The translations under genes and the position numbers were made by a program. This document shows, in pieces, positions 21,890 to 31,178 of a DNA stretch of 64,000 nucleotides. Source of the DNA: Clostridiales bacterium. GTDB lineage: Bacteria; Bacillota; Clostridia; Oscillospirales; CAG-272. The stretch lies in NCBI GenBank assembly GCA_012519315.1, contig JAAYQM010000014.1:158-64157 (forward strand), in the 5' to 3' direction. A model generated the notes under the pieces. The model was not told where the DNA came from. It saw only the letters and a list, made by a program, of their open reading frames with translations, and ran no database searches. Position 1 is the stretch's first letter, and each line of letters starts with the position of its first letter.

Positions 21890-22084
21890 ATTAAATTGAC
21901 TTTTATATATTATCATATTTTATATGCTTTGTCAAGTCTGTCTGAGGATTTTTTATGTTAAGATGTAAACCTCAGAATAAGCAAATATTGTGCATGAAAG
22001 ATAAGGGGCGATTCGGATTGTCAGAAGTGTTGCCGGGTTTTTGTCAGCCTGTTGTTTTTTTATTATAAATTTTTATAAAATGTC

Positions 22085-22113
22085 TTGAAAAAAAGATAAA
22101 TATAGTATAAAAT
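22085..22113 (+). promoter_or_regulatory. putative promoter of csoR-copA
   Basis: TTGAAA (22085-22090), a 17-nt spacer, then TAAAAT (22108-22113). Confidence 0.5.
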
Positions 22114-22130
22114 ATACCCTAGGGGGGTAT
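22114..22130 (+). promoter_or_regulatory. CsoR operator (GC-tract inverted repeat)
   Basis: ATACCCTAGGGGGGTAT is a pseudo-palindrome of the TACCC-N-GGGGGTA type known from the B. subtilis copZA operator. It abuts the -10 element. Confidence 0.7.
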
Positions 22131-22162
22131 GTTTTATATAAAAGAAAAATCAGGAGGATAAA

Positions 22163-22483
22163 ATGAGGGATAAATCTTGCAGTTGTGATTGCAATCATAG
22201 CGGCGACAGAAAGACCGCAAGGGAGGATAAGCTCCGCGCATCCTTGATTTCACGAATAAACCGCATTGAAGGGCAGGTTCGCGGGATTCGGGGTATGATT
22301 GAAAAGGATGTCTATTGCGATGATGTGCTAAATCAAATTTCGGCGGCACAGGCGGCTTTGGGTAGTGTGAGCAGGCTGCTGCTTGAGAGCCATATGCGCG
22401 GATGCCTTGCCGAAAAAATCAGAAACGGCGATGACAGTATCATCGATGAGCTGATTATTACCATCGGAAAGATGATGCGTTAA
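22163..22483 (+). CDS. csoR: copper-sensing transcriptional repressor, CsoR/RcnR family
   Basis: 106 aa. Contains RINRIEGQVRGIRGMIEKDVYCDDVLNQISAAQAAL...SHMRGC (the Cys/His/Cys copper ligand pattern). It lies upstream of copA. Confidence 0.85.
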   Translation: MRDKSCSCDCNHSGDRKTAREDKLRASLISRINRIEGQVRGIRGMIEKDVYCDDVLNQISAAQAALGSVSRLLLESHMRGCLAEKIRNGDDSIIDELIITIGKMMR

Positions 22484-22519
22484 AAAATAATAAAATCACA
22501 AGAAAAAGGGGGGATTCGA

Positions 22520-24985
22520 TTGAATAATGAGATTATTAAAATCGGGGGCATGAGTTGTGCCGCCTGTGCTCAGCGTATCGAAAAGGAGACGTCGAGACTT
22601 AACGGCGTTGAAAGGGCATCGGTGAATTTTGCCACCGAAAGTCTTCATGTGTTCTACGATGAGGAAAAGATATCATTGTCTGATATAAAAGATAAAATTG
22701 AAAATATGGGTTATACGGTGACAGAGGAAATAAAAAACAGCCAAATTGTCTTACCGATTGGCGGCATGAGCTGTGCCGCCTGCTCGACCCACGTTGAGCG
22801 AGCCCTCAACAAAACCGAGGGGATTGTACATGCCTCGGTCAATCTTGCCACCGAACGGGCAACTGTTGAATATGATCCCGGTAAAATTCGTCTTTCCGGC
22901 ATTAAGGAGACAATTGAAAAATCAGGATATACTGTGCTTTCTCTCGAAAGTATTGATAAGAATAAGGACGAGGAACGTAAGGAAAAGGAAATCCGCATTC
23001 TGTGGATAAAGTTTATTGTGTCCGCACTTTTTGGGTTGCCATTGCTCTATATTGCTATGGCTCCTATGATTCCTTGGCTGTCTTTGCCCCTTCCGGCGTT
23101 CTTGAACCCGGATAATCATCCGTTGACCTATGCCATAACTCAGCTTGTTCTGGTTGTACCGATTATCGTTGCGGGATATCGCTTTTATACGGTTGGATAT
23201 AGGGCTCTTTTCTCCGGTAACCCGAACATGGATTCACTCATAGCCATCGGTACGACCTCGGCGGTGCTTTACAGTTTGTATGCAACCTATAAAATTGCCG
23301 CCGGGGAACATCATATGGCGCATCATGGTCTGTATTTTGAAAGCGCCGGTATCATTATTGCTCTTATTTTGCTTGGAAAGTCCCTTGAGGCAGTTTCAAA
23401 GGGAAGGACATCCGAGGCGATAAAAAAGTTGATGGGACTTGCGCCAAAGACGGCCACGGTTATTCAGGACGGCAAAGAAGTTGTTATTCCTATTGATGAG
23501 GTTGAGGTAGATGATATTATCCTTGTCAAGCCGGGGGAAAAGATTCCGGTTGACGGAGTGGTAATTTCCGGTCAGACCTCTATTGATGAGTCGATGTTGA
23601 CCGGAGAGAGCATGCCGGTTGAAAAAACGACGGGAGCCGCCGTCTATGCTGCCAGTATCAATAAAAACGGATCGATTCAGTTTTGGGCGACAAAAATCGG
23701 AAAGGATACCGTTCTTGCACAGATTATCAAATTGGTTGAGGAGGCGCAGGGCAAAAAGGCGCCCATAGCGAAGATGGCGGACATAGTATCCGGCTATTTT
23801 GTGCCGATAGTGATAGGAATTGCCCTTATATCTTTTGCTGCCTGGCTGATTGGTGGGCAAACATTGGAGTTTGCTCTGACAATATTTATCTCGATTCTTG
23901 TTATTGCCTGTCCATGCGCACTCGGTCTTGCCACTCCTACGGCTATTATGGTTGCAACGGGGAAGGGGGCTGAGCTCGGCATACTGATTAAAGGCGGAGA
24001 GGCTCTCGAGATGGCACATAAAGTTGATACGGTTATTTTAGATAAAACCGGAACGATTACAGAGGGGAATCCAGAGGTTACCGATATTATCCCCGCTGAG
24101 GGAATATCCCGGGATAAGCTTCTGCAGATTGCCGCCACTGCCGAAAAGGAATCGGAGCACCCCTTGGGCAGGGCAATTTTCAGCCTTGCACAAGAGAGGC
24201 AGCTTTTGTTGCTGGAGTCGGAGAATTTTACAGCACTTCCCGGTCATGGCATCTCGGTGAGGATTGACGAAAAGGCAATACTGATCGGTAACAAAAAGCT
24301 GATGGAGGATAAGAAAGTCCCTCTTGGGGAGTTCGGCAGCATATCAGACCGGATTGCCGACGAAGGAAAAACTCCTATGTTTGTCGCTGTGGATTGGAAA
24401 ATATCAGGCGTTATCGCAGTGGCCGACGTGGTTAAAAAGAGCAGTCAAAAGGCCATTCGTCGGCTTGAATCGATGGGAGTTGAGGTGGTTATGATCACCG
24501 GTGACAATAAAAAAACTGCCGATGCTATTGCAAAGCAGATCGGCATTGACAAGGTATTGTCCGAGGTCTTGCCGCAGGATAAGGCAAATGAGGTAGAAAA
24601 GCTTCAAGCTCAGGGTAAGAAGGTAGCCATGGTCGGAGATGGCATCAACGATGCGCCTGCCCTTGCAAAGGCCGATATCGGCATTGCTATTGGGTCGGGA
24701 ACCGATGTTGCTATGGAATCTGCCGATATTGTGCTGATGAAAAGTGATTTAATAGACGTGCCCACAGCTATCCACCTGAGCAAAAGCACAATTATCAATA
24801 TCAAGCAAAACCTCTTTTGGGCCTTTGGTTACAATACCGCAGGAATTCCCATTGCCGCAGGCTTGTTGTATCTGTTCGGCGGACCGCTCCTTAATCCTAT
24901 GTTTGCGGCGGCGGCTATGTCACTAAGCTCTGTCTCGGTGCTGGTTAATGCATTGCGCTTGAAGAGGTTTAAGCCTTATATGTAA
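22520..24985 (+). CDS. copA: copper-translocating P1B-type ATPase
   Basis: 821 aa with a TTG start. Two N-terminal HMA domains ([28 protein letters not shown]), the CPC motif ([11 protein letters not shown]), DKTGT and GDGINDAP. Confidence 0.95.
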   Translation: MNNEIIKIGGMSCAACAQRIEKETSRLNGVERASVNFATESLHVFYDEEKISLSDIKDKIENMGYTVTEEIKNSQIVLPIGGMSCAACSTHVERALNKTEGIVHASVNLATERATVEYDPGKIRLSGIKETIEKSGYTVLSLESIDKNKDEERKEKEIRILWIKFIVSALFGLPLLYIAMAPMIPWLSLPLPAFLNPDNHPLTYAITQLVLVVPIIVAGYRFYTVGYRALFSGNPNMDSLIAIGTTSAVLYSLYATYKIAAGEHHMAHHGLYFESAGIIIALILLGKSLEAVSKGRTSEAIKKLMGLAPKTATVIQDGKEVVIPIDEVEVDDIILVKPGEKIPVDGVVISGQTSIDESMLTGESMPVEKTTGAAVYAASINKNGSIQFWATKIGKDTVLAQIIKLVEEAQGKKAPIAKMADIVSGYFVPIVIGIALISFAAWLIGGQTLEFALTIFISILVIACPCALGLATPTAIMVATGKGAELGILIKGGEALEMAHKVDTVILDKTGTITEGNPEVTDIIPAEGISRDKLLQIAATAEKESEHPLGRAIFSLAQERQLLLLESENFTALPGHGISVRIDEKAILIGNKKLMEDKKVPLGEFGSISDRIADEGKTPMFVAVDWKISGVIAVADVVKKSSQKAIRRLESMGVEVVMITGDNKKTADAIAKQIGIDKVLSEVLPQDKANEVEKLQAQGKKVAMVGDGINDAPALAKADIGIAIGSGTDVAMESADIVLMKSDLIDVPTAIHLSKSTIINIKQNLFWAFGYNTAGIPIAAGLLYLFGGPLLNPMFAAAAMSLSSVSVLVNALRLKRFKPYM

Positions 24986-25033
24986 TTGCTATAAGGTGGA
25001 TATGACCAAATTTCAACAAAACGGTTTTTATCA

Positions 25034-25080
25034 AAATCATCCCCGATTGATTTTTCAATCGGGGATGATTTGCTTTTTAT
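25034..25080. terminator. bidirectional terminator between copA and metY
   Basis: AAATCATCCCCGATTGA-TTTTT-TCAATCGGGGATGATTT, a 17-bp stem flanked by T/A runs. Confidence 0.7.
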
Positions 25081-25113
25081 TGTGGTATAGGGGCTGAGAG
25101 TTTTAAGTGGTTA

Positions 25114-26391
25114 TTATCCGAAGGCCTCTTCGAGATCGGCAATAAGATCCTCAATATGCTCGGTTCCGATGGACAGGCGAATGGTGTTCGGCTTTATTCC
25201 CTGCTCTAGCAATGCAATCTCACTTAGCTGAGAGTGAGTTGTGCTGGCAGGATGTATAACCAGTGACTTTTGATCGGCGACATTGGCAAGGAGCGAAAAA
25301 ATCTTCAACCGATCAATAAAATCCTTAGCTCTCTGAGCATCCCCCTTTATTTCAAAGGTAAAGACTGAACCGGCGCCTTCAGGGAAATATTTCAGATACA
25401 GGTTGTGGTCGGGATGGCTTTCAAGGGAAGGGTGATTGACATTTTCGACTTGAGGATGCGCAGACAAATATCTGACAATCTTAAGGGTGTTTTCCACATG
25501 GCGCTCAACGCGCAAAGAGAGGGTTTCGAGCCCCTGAAGGAAGAGGAAGGAATGGAAGGGGCTGAGGGTGGCGCCGGTGTCTCTAAGCAAGGTTACCCGT
25601 GCTTTAGTGATGTAGGCAAGATTTCCGGCGGCTTCGGTCAGCACAATACCGTGGTAGCTGGGATTCGGCTTTGACAGTCCTGGGAATTTGTTGTTCGCAG
25701 CCCAGTCAAATTTGCCTGAATCGATAATGACGCCGCCGATAATTGTGCCGTGTCCTCCGATAAATTTTGTGGCAGAATGAACAACAATGTCCGCCCCGTG
25801 TTCGATGGGTCTGAAGAGATAGGGCGTTGCAAAGGTGTTGTCAACAATAAGCGGGATCCCGTTTTTGTAAGCTATCTCGGAAACGGCATCAACATCGACA
25901 ATGGTAGAGTTCGGATTTCCCAGCGTCTCAAGAAAAATCGCTTTTGTATTTGGCTTGATTGCCTTCGCAAAATTTTCAGGATGGCTGCCGTCCACAAGGG
26001 TTGTGTTGATCCCGAAATCGGGGAGGGTATTTGCAAAAAGGTTGTAGGTTCCCCCGTAGATTCTTCGGTCAGAAACAATGTGATCTCCGGCACAGGCGAT
26101 ATTTTGTATTGCACAGGTTATTGCGGCTGCCCCTGAGGAGAGAGCAAGGGCGGCGGCGCCGCCTTCCAGAGCGGCGATTCTTCTTTCAAACACATCGGTG
26201 GTGGGATTCATGATCCGAGTATAAATATTTCCGCTTTCCGAAAGGTTGAAGCGGCCGGCAGCCTGTTCCGAGCTTTCAAAAACATAGGAAGTGGTGGCGT
26301 AGATAGGAACGGCTCTTGCGCCGGTTGCGGGATCGGGCAATTCTTGCCCTGCGTGCAGTTGAAGTGTTTCAAATCTATAGTTTTTGTTCAT
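25114..26391 (-). CDS. metY: O-acetylhomoserine aminocarboxypropyltransferase/sulfhydrylase (PLP-dependent)
   Basis: 425 aa. Contains FETLQLHAGQ...PIYATTSYVF, NPTTDVFERRIAALEGG and the SATKFIGGHG PLP-lysine motif. Confidence 0.9.
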   Translation of the reverse strand: MNKNYRFETLQLHAGQELPDPATGARAVPIYATTSYVFESSEQAAGRFNLSESGNIYTRIMNPTTDVFERRIAALEGGAAALALSSGAAAITCAIQNIACAGDHIVSDRRIYGGTYNLFANTLPDFGINTTLVDGSHPENFAKAIKPNTKAIFLETLGNPNSTIVDVDAVSEIAYKNGIPLIVDNTFATPYLFRPIEHGADIVVHSATKFIGGHGTIIGGVIIDSGKFDWAANNKFPGLSKPNPSYHGIVLTEAAGNLAYITKARVTLLRDTGATLSPFHSFLFLQGLETLSLRVERHVENTLKIVRYLSAHPQVENVNHPSLESHPDHNLYLKYFPEGAGSVFTFEIKGDAQRAKDFIDRLKIFSLLANVADQKSLVIHPASTTHSQLSEIALLEQGIKPNTIRLSIGTEHIEDLIADLEEAFG

Positions 26392-26587
26392 TGCAAGTTA
26401 CCTCTTTCGGTTTTATTATAAGAAAAATCGATAATTTTTGACGGTTGCTTGCAATGTCACATTCGCCCGTTCCTAAAATTTTTGCGTAGCATGAGAAATA
26501 TTATCGAATACATGGCGAGTCGCCTCCCTTTGTATATATTTATTGAAAAATTATACTTAGTATCCCTATAGTAATTGTATGAAATAA

Positions 26588-26615
26588 ATTGTAAATATCC
26601 AATGCTTTTTGTCAA
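26588..26615 (-). promoter_or_regulatory. putative metY promoter
   Basis: On the minus strand: TTGACA (26610-26615), a 16-nt spacer, then TACAAT (26588-26593). This leaves a leader of about 190 nt. Confidence 0.4.
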
Positions 26616-26830
26616 GCTTAAATTTCACTTAGGCAAAAAGCATTGTTTTATGATATATTCTCATCGGGAAAAGCAACCGATTGCCCTTTGATATCAGGTG
26701 CTGCCGCTTTTTCAGAAACCGGTGTTTCTATGCGAGATTTTGACTGATTGCAGAATAGATGAGGGTTGCCGGCAGTTTTGTTCTAAAGTAGGCAAACAGT
26801 TATGGTAACATGATTTTTTCTTTATGATTA

Positions 26831-27760
26831 TTACGAGAACATAGGGGTAGAGAGGTAGCGTTCCCCGGTGTCCGGCAAAATAACAACGATTGTTTTTCCG
26901 GCATTTTGAGGACGCTTGGCAACCTCGATTGCGGCAAATAGGGCAGCTCCTGACGATATTCCCACAAGAATGCCTTCGGCGTGAGCGACGTTCTTCCCCA
27001 TATTTAAGGCATCTTCGTTTTTAATCTTTATAATTACATCATAGATGTCGGTGTCAAGCACATCGGGCACAAAGCCGGCGCCAATACCCTGTATCTTATG
27101 AGGACCTGGGTTCCCCCCTGATAAAACAGGAGAATCATTCGGCTCAACGGCGACAATCTTGATGTTCGGATTTTTCGACTTTAAAAAGCTGCCTGCGCCG
27201 GTGATCGTTCCGCCTGTGCCGATACCCGAAACAAAGAAATCAATCACACCATCGGTTTGTTCCCAGATTTCCGGTCCGGTGGTTGTATAGTGAGCGGCGG
27301 GATTAGCGGGGTTGATAAACTGACCGGGAATCAGGCTGTTTGGTATTGTCTTTGCAAGCTCCTCCGCCTTTTCGATAGCGCCCTTCATGCCGAGGGTGCC
27401 GTCGGTTAAAACAAGTTCGGCGCCATAGGCCTTCAGGAGATTTCTGCGCTCGATGCTCATCGTTTCGGGCATGGTCAGAATGACACGATATCCTTTTGAT
27501 GCGGCAACGGCAGCAAGACCGATGCCGGTATTTCCGCTTGTGGGCTCGATAATTACCGACCCCTCCTTCAGCAGACCCTCGCTTTCGGCTTGTTCAATCA
27601 TTGACTTTGCGATTCTATCCTTTACACTGCCGGCGGGATTGAAATATTCGAGTTTTCCTATAATTTTTGCCGATAGGTTATATTGCTTTTCTATATTGGA
27701 AAGGCGAAGCAGAGGGGTATTTCCTATCAGATCGACAAAGCTGTTGTTGATTTTTTTCAT
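26831..27760 (-). CDS. cysK: cysteine synthase A (O-acetylserine sulfhydrylase)
   Basis: Contains [18 protein letters not shown]..., NPAGSVKDR (PLP lysine) and the TSGNTG and GTGGT loops. The ATG at 27760 has GAAAGG 8 nt upstream. The ORF-track TTG at 27778 is unlikely. Confidence 0.9.
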   Translation of the reverse strand: MKKINNSFVDLIGNTPLLRLSNIEKQYNLSAKIIGKLEYFNPAGSVKDRIAKSMIEQAESEGLLKEGSVIIEPTSGNTGIGLAAVAASKGYRVILTMPETMSIERRNLLKAYGAELVLTDGTLGMKGAIEKAEELAKTIPNSLIPGQFINPANPAAHYTTTGPEIWEQTDGVIDFFVSGIGTGGTITGAGSFLKSKNPNIKIVAVEPNDSPVLSGGNPGPHKIQGIGAGFVPDVLDTDIYDVIIKIKNEDALNMGKNVAHAEGILVGISSGAALFAAIEVAKRPQNAGKTIVVILPDTGERYLSTPMFS

Positions 27761-27868
27761 AAAAACATAACCTTTCAAAATTATAATAGATATATTAATG
27801 ATTTGACGTTCAATATTATAAACATGATAAACATTTGTCTGATATCATATATGATTAATATGATATAT

Positions 27869-27897
27869 AGTATATACAGATGGTGTAGTAATGTCAA
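27869..27897 (-). promoter_or_regulatory. putative cysK promoter
   Basis: On the minus strand: TTGACA (27892-27897), a 17-nt spacer, then TATACT (27869-27874). Confidence 0.5.
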
Positions 27898-27920
27898 GAG
27901 GAAAAAGAAAAAAAATAAAA

Positions 27921-27950
27921 TTTTTCCCAGATGGGCGCACCTGGGAAAAA
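27921..27950 (-). terminator. terminator after the Rrf2 regulator gene
   Basis: TTTTTCCCAG-ATGGGCGCAC-CTGGGAAAAA. On the minus strand it is followed by a long T tract. Confidence 0.6.
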
Positions 27951-27975
27951 GCAAAAAAGTTAAGGTTATAAAGAG

Positions 27976-28413
27976 TCAGATAGAGAAATTAAGAACGTCC
28001 CTTGTATTGCAGGAGTCGATAAGCTGATCTAGGGTGACCGAATCGACATAGTTGTTGACAGCGTGATGCAGACCAGTCCAAAACTTCAGGGTCGGGCAAA
28101 TATCTTGACGCTCACAGGGATTAACATCAGCCTCAAGACAGGCTACCGGGGCAAGATTGCCCTCTATAGCCCGCAAAATTTCACCGATGGTATATTGCTC
28201 GGCGGGTTTTGTAAGCATATATCCTCCTTGCGGACCGCGGCTGCTCCTGAGCAGACCGGACTTTGTAAGATTAGTGACAATCTGTTCCAGATATTTTACC
28301 GAGATCGCCTGTCGTCTTGCAATATCCTTAATTGAGACCCAGTCGCTTATGCCGTGTTCTGCAATATCAATCATCATTCTTAAAGCATATCTTCCTTTAG
28401 ATGAAATTTTCAT
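27976..28413 (-). CDS. Rrf2 family transcriptional regulator (CymR/IscR-like)
   Basis: Contains MKISSKGRYALRMMIDIAEHG...SIKDIARRQAISVKYLEQIV (Rrf2 winged HTH). Three Cys (C-x8-C-x5-C: VACLEADVNPCERQDIC) suggest an Fe-S cluster. The ORF-track start at 28488 adds 25 non-family residues. Confidence 0.85.
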   Translation of the reverse strand: MKISSKGRYALRMMIDIAEHGISDWVSIKDIARRQAISVKYLEQIVTNLTKSGLLRSSRGPQGGYMLTKPAEQYTIGEILRAIEGNLAPVACLEADVNPCERQDICPTLKFWTGLHHAVNNYVDSVTLDQLIDSCNTRDVLNFSI

Positions 28414-28758
28414 AATCCGATTACCAGGATTTGTCCAACAGGTTATGTAGCGGACAAATCTTCCTTTTTTGTAGTATTCATGTTGCACAATATCTGCATT
28501 ATTATATCACTATTATACTATATGATATATATGAAATCAATATAAAAGCAATAATATTATATCCTGTAATTATATGTTGAGAAATGCGCCAATTTCTGTT
28601 AATTCGGTCGCAGGTGTTGAAAAAGGCATGGTGCTTATGTTAGAATATCAATGCGGCGGTCTCGGGCATATCCCTTTCGGGATGGCGTTGATTTGACCGT
28701 CGGATATCCTGCGCCAAGGCAAATGCGCCGGATGAAAGCTTTAGAAAGGAGTTTTTCT

Positions 28759-29607
28759 ATGAAAATCAAAAAACGCATTTTAGCTGCGGCAACGGCTGTT
28801 TTGATAATGATTGTTTCCTTTGTCGGAATGGTTACACAAGCCTTCTCGTTAAATTATAGAAGCATAGATATCTATATCGATGGTGTTCGTTACACCGGAG
28901 ACAAGGCCTTTTTAATCGAGGATACTACTTATGTGCCTGTTAGAATGTTAAGTCAGGCAATTCGGAACTGCAGCGTCTATTGGGATGAGCCCACAAGGAC
29001 GGCGACGGTATCTGCAAATGATCTGAATGTTCAAATAACTGCCGGATTTAATTATATCATAGCAAATGGCAGGTATTTGTATTCGCCAAAGCCTGTCAGA
29101 ATTTTGGAAAATGACAGAATGTACCTTCCGATTCGCCTTTTGGCGGCCGCCTTTGACACCGGGGTAGAATGGGATGGAAAAACCTATTCGGTTCATCTGA
29201 CCCGGGGGAGCGGAGCGATTCTCAGCGGCGATCAGTATTACAATGAAAATGATCTTTACTGGCTGTCTCGCATTATTTCGGCAGAGAGCCGGGGGGAACC
29301 GCTGCTTGGGCAAATTGCGGTAGGAAATGTAGTTCTTAACCGCGTGGATAATCCGCTGTTTCCAAATTCGATATATGATGTAATTTTCGACAACAAATAT
29401 GCTGTTCAGTTTACTCCAACGGCAAACGGAACCATCTATCATACACCGAGTGAGACCTCTGTGATTGCGGCAAAGATTTGTCTTGAGGGATACTCTCTCT
29501 CCGACAATATTTACTACTTCTTTGAGCCGGTTTCGGCAACAAGTGCATGGGTTTCGGCAACTCGCACCTTCCGGTTTCAGATTGGCAATCACAGATTTTA
29601 TTCATAA
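28759..29607 (+). CDS. cell wall hydrolase, SleB/CwlJ family, with copper-amine-oxidase-like N-terminal domain
   Basis: The ATG at 28759 has AAAGGAG 7 nt upstream. It has a signal/anchor helix (ILAAATAVLIMIVSFVGMV) and a stalk domain (YVPVRMLSQAI, MYLPIRLLAAAF). The C-terminal hydrolase_2 pattern is LYWLSRIISAESRGEPLLGQIAVGNVVLNRV. Confidence 0.8.
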   Translation: MKIKKRILAAATAVLIMIVSFVGMVTQAFSLNYRSIDIYIDGVRYTGDKAFLIEDTTYVPVRMLSQAIRNCSVYWDEPTRTATVSANDLNVQITAGFNYIIANGRYLYSPKPVRILENDRMYLPIRLLAAAFDTGVEWDGKTYSVHLTRGSGAILSGDQYYNENDLYWLSRIISAESRGEPLLGQIAVGNVVLNRVDNPLFPNSIYDVIFDNKYAVQFTPTANGTIYHTPSETSVIAAKICLEGYSLSDNIYYFFEPVSATSAWVSATRTFRFQIGNHRFYS

Positions 29608-29625
29608 GAAAGGTCGCAGCCTTTT

Positions 29626-29665
29626 AAAACCACCGCTGTTTCTCCGGAGAAACAGCGGTGGTTTT
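29626..29665. terminator. bidirectional terminator between the hydrolase gene and hisS
   Basis: AAAACCACCGCTGTTTCTCC / GGAGAAACAGCGGTGGTTTT, a perfect 20-bp palindrome. Confidence 0.75.
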
Positions 29666-29693
29666 GTGTATTTACGCATATCGGGAAATCAGC

Positions 29694-30944
29694 TTAACCT
29701 AAAAGGTGCTTTTCTATTTCGTCAATGGGGATTTCTTCCTGCGTGCTGCTTGACATTGAGCGGAGCTGGGCTTTCCCGCTTTCAATTTCGTTATCTCCGA
29801 GGATGAGGGTGTAGGCGGCGCCGATCTTGTCGGCGTATTTCATTTGCGCTTTGAGGCTGCGTCCGACAAGGTCACATTCGGCATAAATACCCCTGCCGCG
29901 CAATCCCTCAACGATGCTTAATGCCCGCTGTGTTGCAGCGCTGCCAAGGGAGGCGATGTAAAGAAGGGGCTTTGGCTCTTCGGGAATTTTAATGCCTGCC
30001 TGTTTGATTGCCAGTATCAGGCGGGTAATCCCCATTGCAAAACCTATGCCTGCAAGTTGCGGACCGCCAAGCTCGGCGATAAGTCCGTCATAGCGTCCGC
30101 CGCCGCAAACGGTGCTTTGAGCGCCAATGCCATCGGCAATGAATTCAAATACGGTGCGGGTATAATAATCAAGACCACGCACAATGGCGGGGTTGATCTG
30201 ATAGGATACGCTCATACTATCGAGATAGCTCTGCAGTTTTGAAAAATGATCAGAACATTCGATACAGAGGTAATCAAGAATTTTAGGCGCGCCTGCGGCA
30301 AGGGCTGCGCAGGACTCATTTTTGCAGTCAAGCAGGCGCAGGGGATTAGTTTTGAGCCTGCCTTTACAGCTCTCACACAATTGATTACGGTATTCCGAAA
30401 AATATTTAACAAGAGCATCTCTATAGGCAGGACGACAAGCGGGACAGCCGATAGAGTTGATGTGTAGTGCGATATTTGGTATACCAAGCTCCCGAATAAC
30501 CGATGACCCAAGAGAGATAATCGTTGCATCGGCGGCAGGATTGCCCGCGCCGAACATCTCAACACCAAACTGGAAAAACTCACGGCTACGGCCTGCCTGT
30601 GGCGCCTCATAGCGGAAACAGTTAATCAAATAATAAAGCTTGATAGGCATTGCATCTCCGCAACGGCCGTGCTCGATCAGGGCACGTGCTACCGAGGCGG
30701 TTCCCTCAGGACGTAGAGTGATGGACCGGTTGTCGTTGTCGAGAAAGGTATACATCTCCTTCTGCACAACGTCGGTAGTATTGCCAACTCCCCGGCGAAA
30801 CAGCTCCGTCGCCTCAAAGGTGGGGGTGCGAATCTCGGAAAACCCATATTTTTCTGCCACTTTACGGGCGGTATTTTCAATAAATCTGTAGTACGGGATC
30901 TCTTCCGGCAGAATGTCTATGGTCCCGCGTATTTTTTGTATCAT
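29694..30944 (-). CDS. hisS: histidine--tRNA ligase
   Basis: 416 aa. Contains KIRGTIDILPEE, class II motifs (FRYEAPQAGRSREFFQFG, GGGRYDGL) and a C-terminal anticodon-binding domain. Confidence 0.95.
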   Translation of the reverse strand: MIQKIRGTIDILPEEIPYYRFIENTARKVAEKYGFSEIRTPTFEATELFRRGVGNTTDVVQKEMYTFLDNDNRSITLRPEGTASVARALIEHGRCGDAMPIKLYYLINCFRYEAPQAGRSREFFQFGVEMFGAGNPAADATIISLGSSVIRELGIPNIALHINSIGCPACRPAYRDALVKYFSEYRNQLCESCKGRLKTNPLRLLDCKNESCAALAAGAPKILDYLCIECSDHFSKLQSYLDSMSVSYQINPAIVRGLDYYTRTVFEFIADGIGAQSTVCGGGRYDGLIAELGGPQLAGIGFAMGITRLILAIKQAGIKIPEEPKPLLYIASLGSAATQRALSIVEGLRGRGIYAECDLVGRSLKAQMKYADKIGAAYTLILGDNEIESGKAQLRSMSSSTQEEIPIDEIEKHLLG

Positions 30945-31105
30945 AGTGATCTCCTTAAGAATGCTCTCTTATCTTAGCTGTTTTGTGCGATAACAGTTAG
31001 AAGGCTATTGCTGTTAACAAGAGAGGGTGCCTGATTTTGCGGCTTTTAGATATATTGTGTTATTATGAATTTGATTATAGCATGAAAAAAAAGATTTATC
31101 AATAG

Positions 31106-31143
31106 AAAAACACAGGCGAAAGTCAAAAGCTGCCTGTGTTTTT
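31106..31143 (-). terminator. terminator after the DUF4097-like gene
   Basis: AAAAACACAGGC ... GCCTGTGTTTTT, followed by a T-rich tract on the minus strand. Confidence 0.6.
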
Positions 31144-31178
31144 CTGTTTCAATTAGTCTTGCGGGAGAGAAGTTCTTT

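Noticed and set aside
26392-26830. Expected an S-box (SAM-I) or T-box riboswitch upstream of metY
   Set aside because: I searched both strands by eye for the GGAGGGA / GGCCC / ATGAA-CCC-GCAACC boxes and the T-box AANNNGGGTGGNACCGCG. Only a lone GGCAACC was found, so no riboswitch call is made. A covariance-model scan is needed.
28948-29592. 214-aa ORF on the minus strand
   Set aside because: It is antisense to the SleB-type hydrolase gene. Its composition is Arg/Cys/Asn-rich, which is typical of a non-coding frame.
30945-31105. Expected a T-box leader upstream of hisS
   Set aside because: No T-box consensus is present. Only a local CTCTCTT...AAGAGAG helix was seen, so this is left uncalled.
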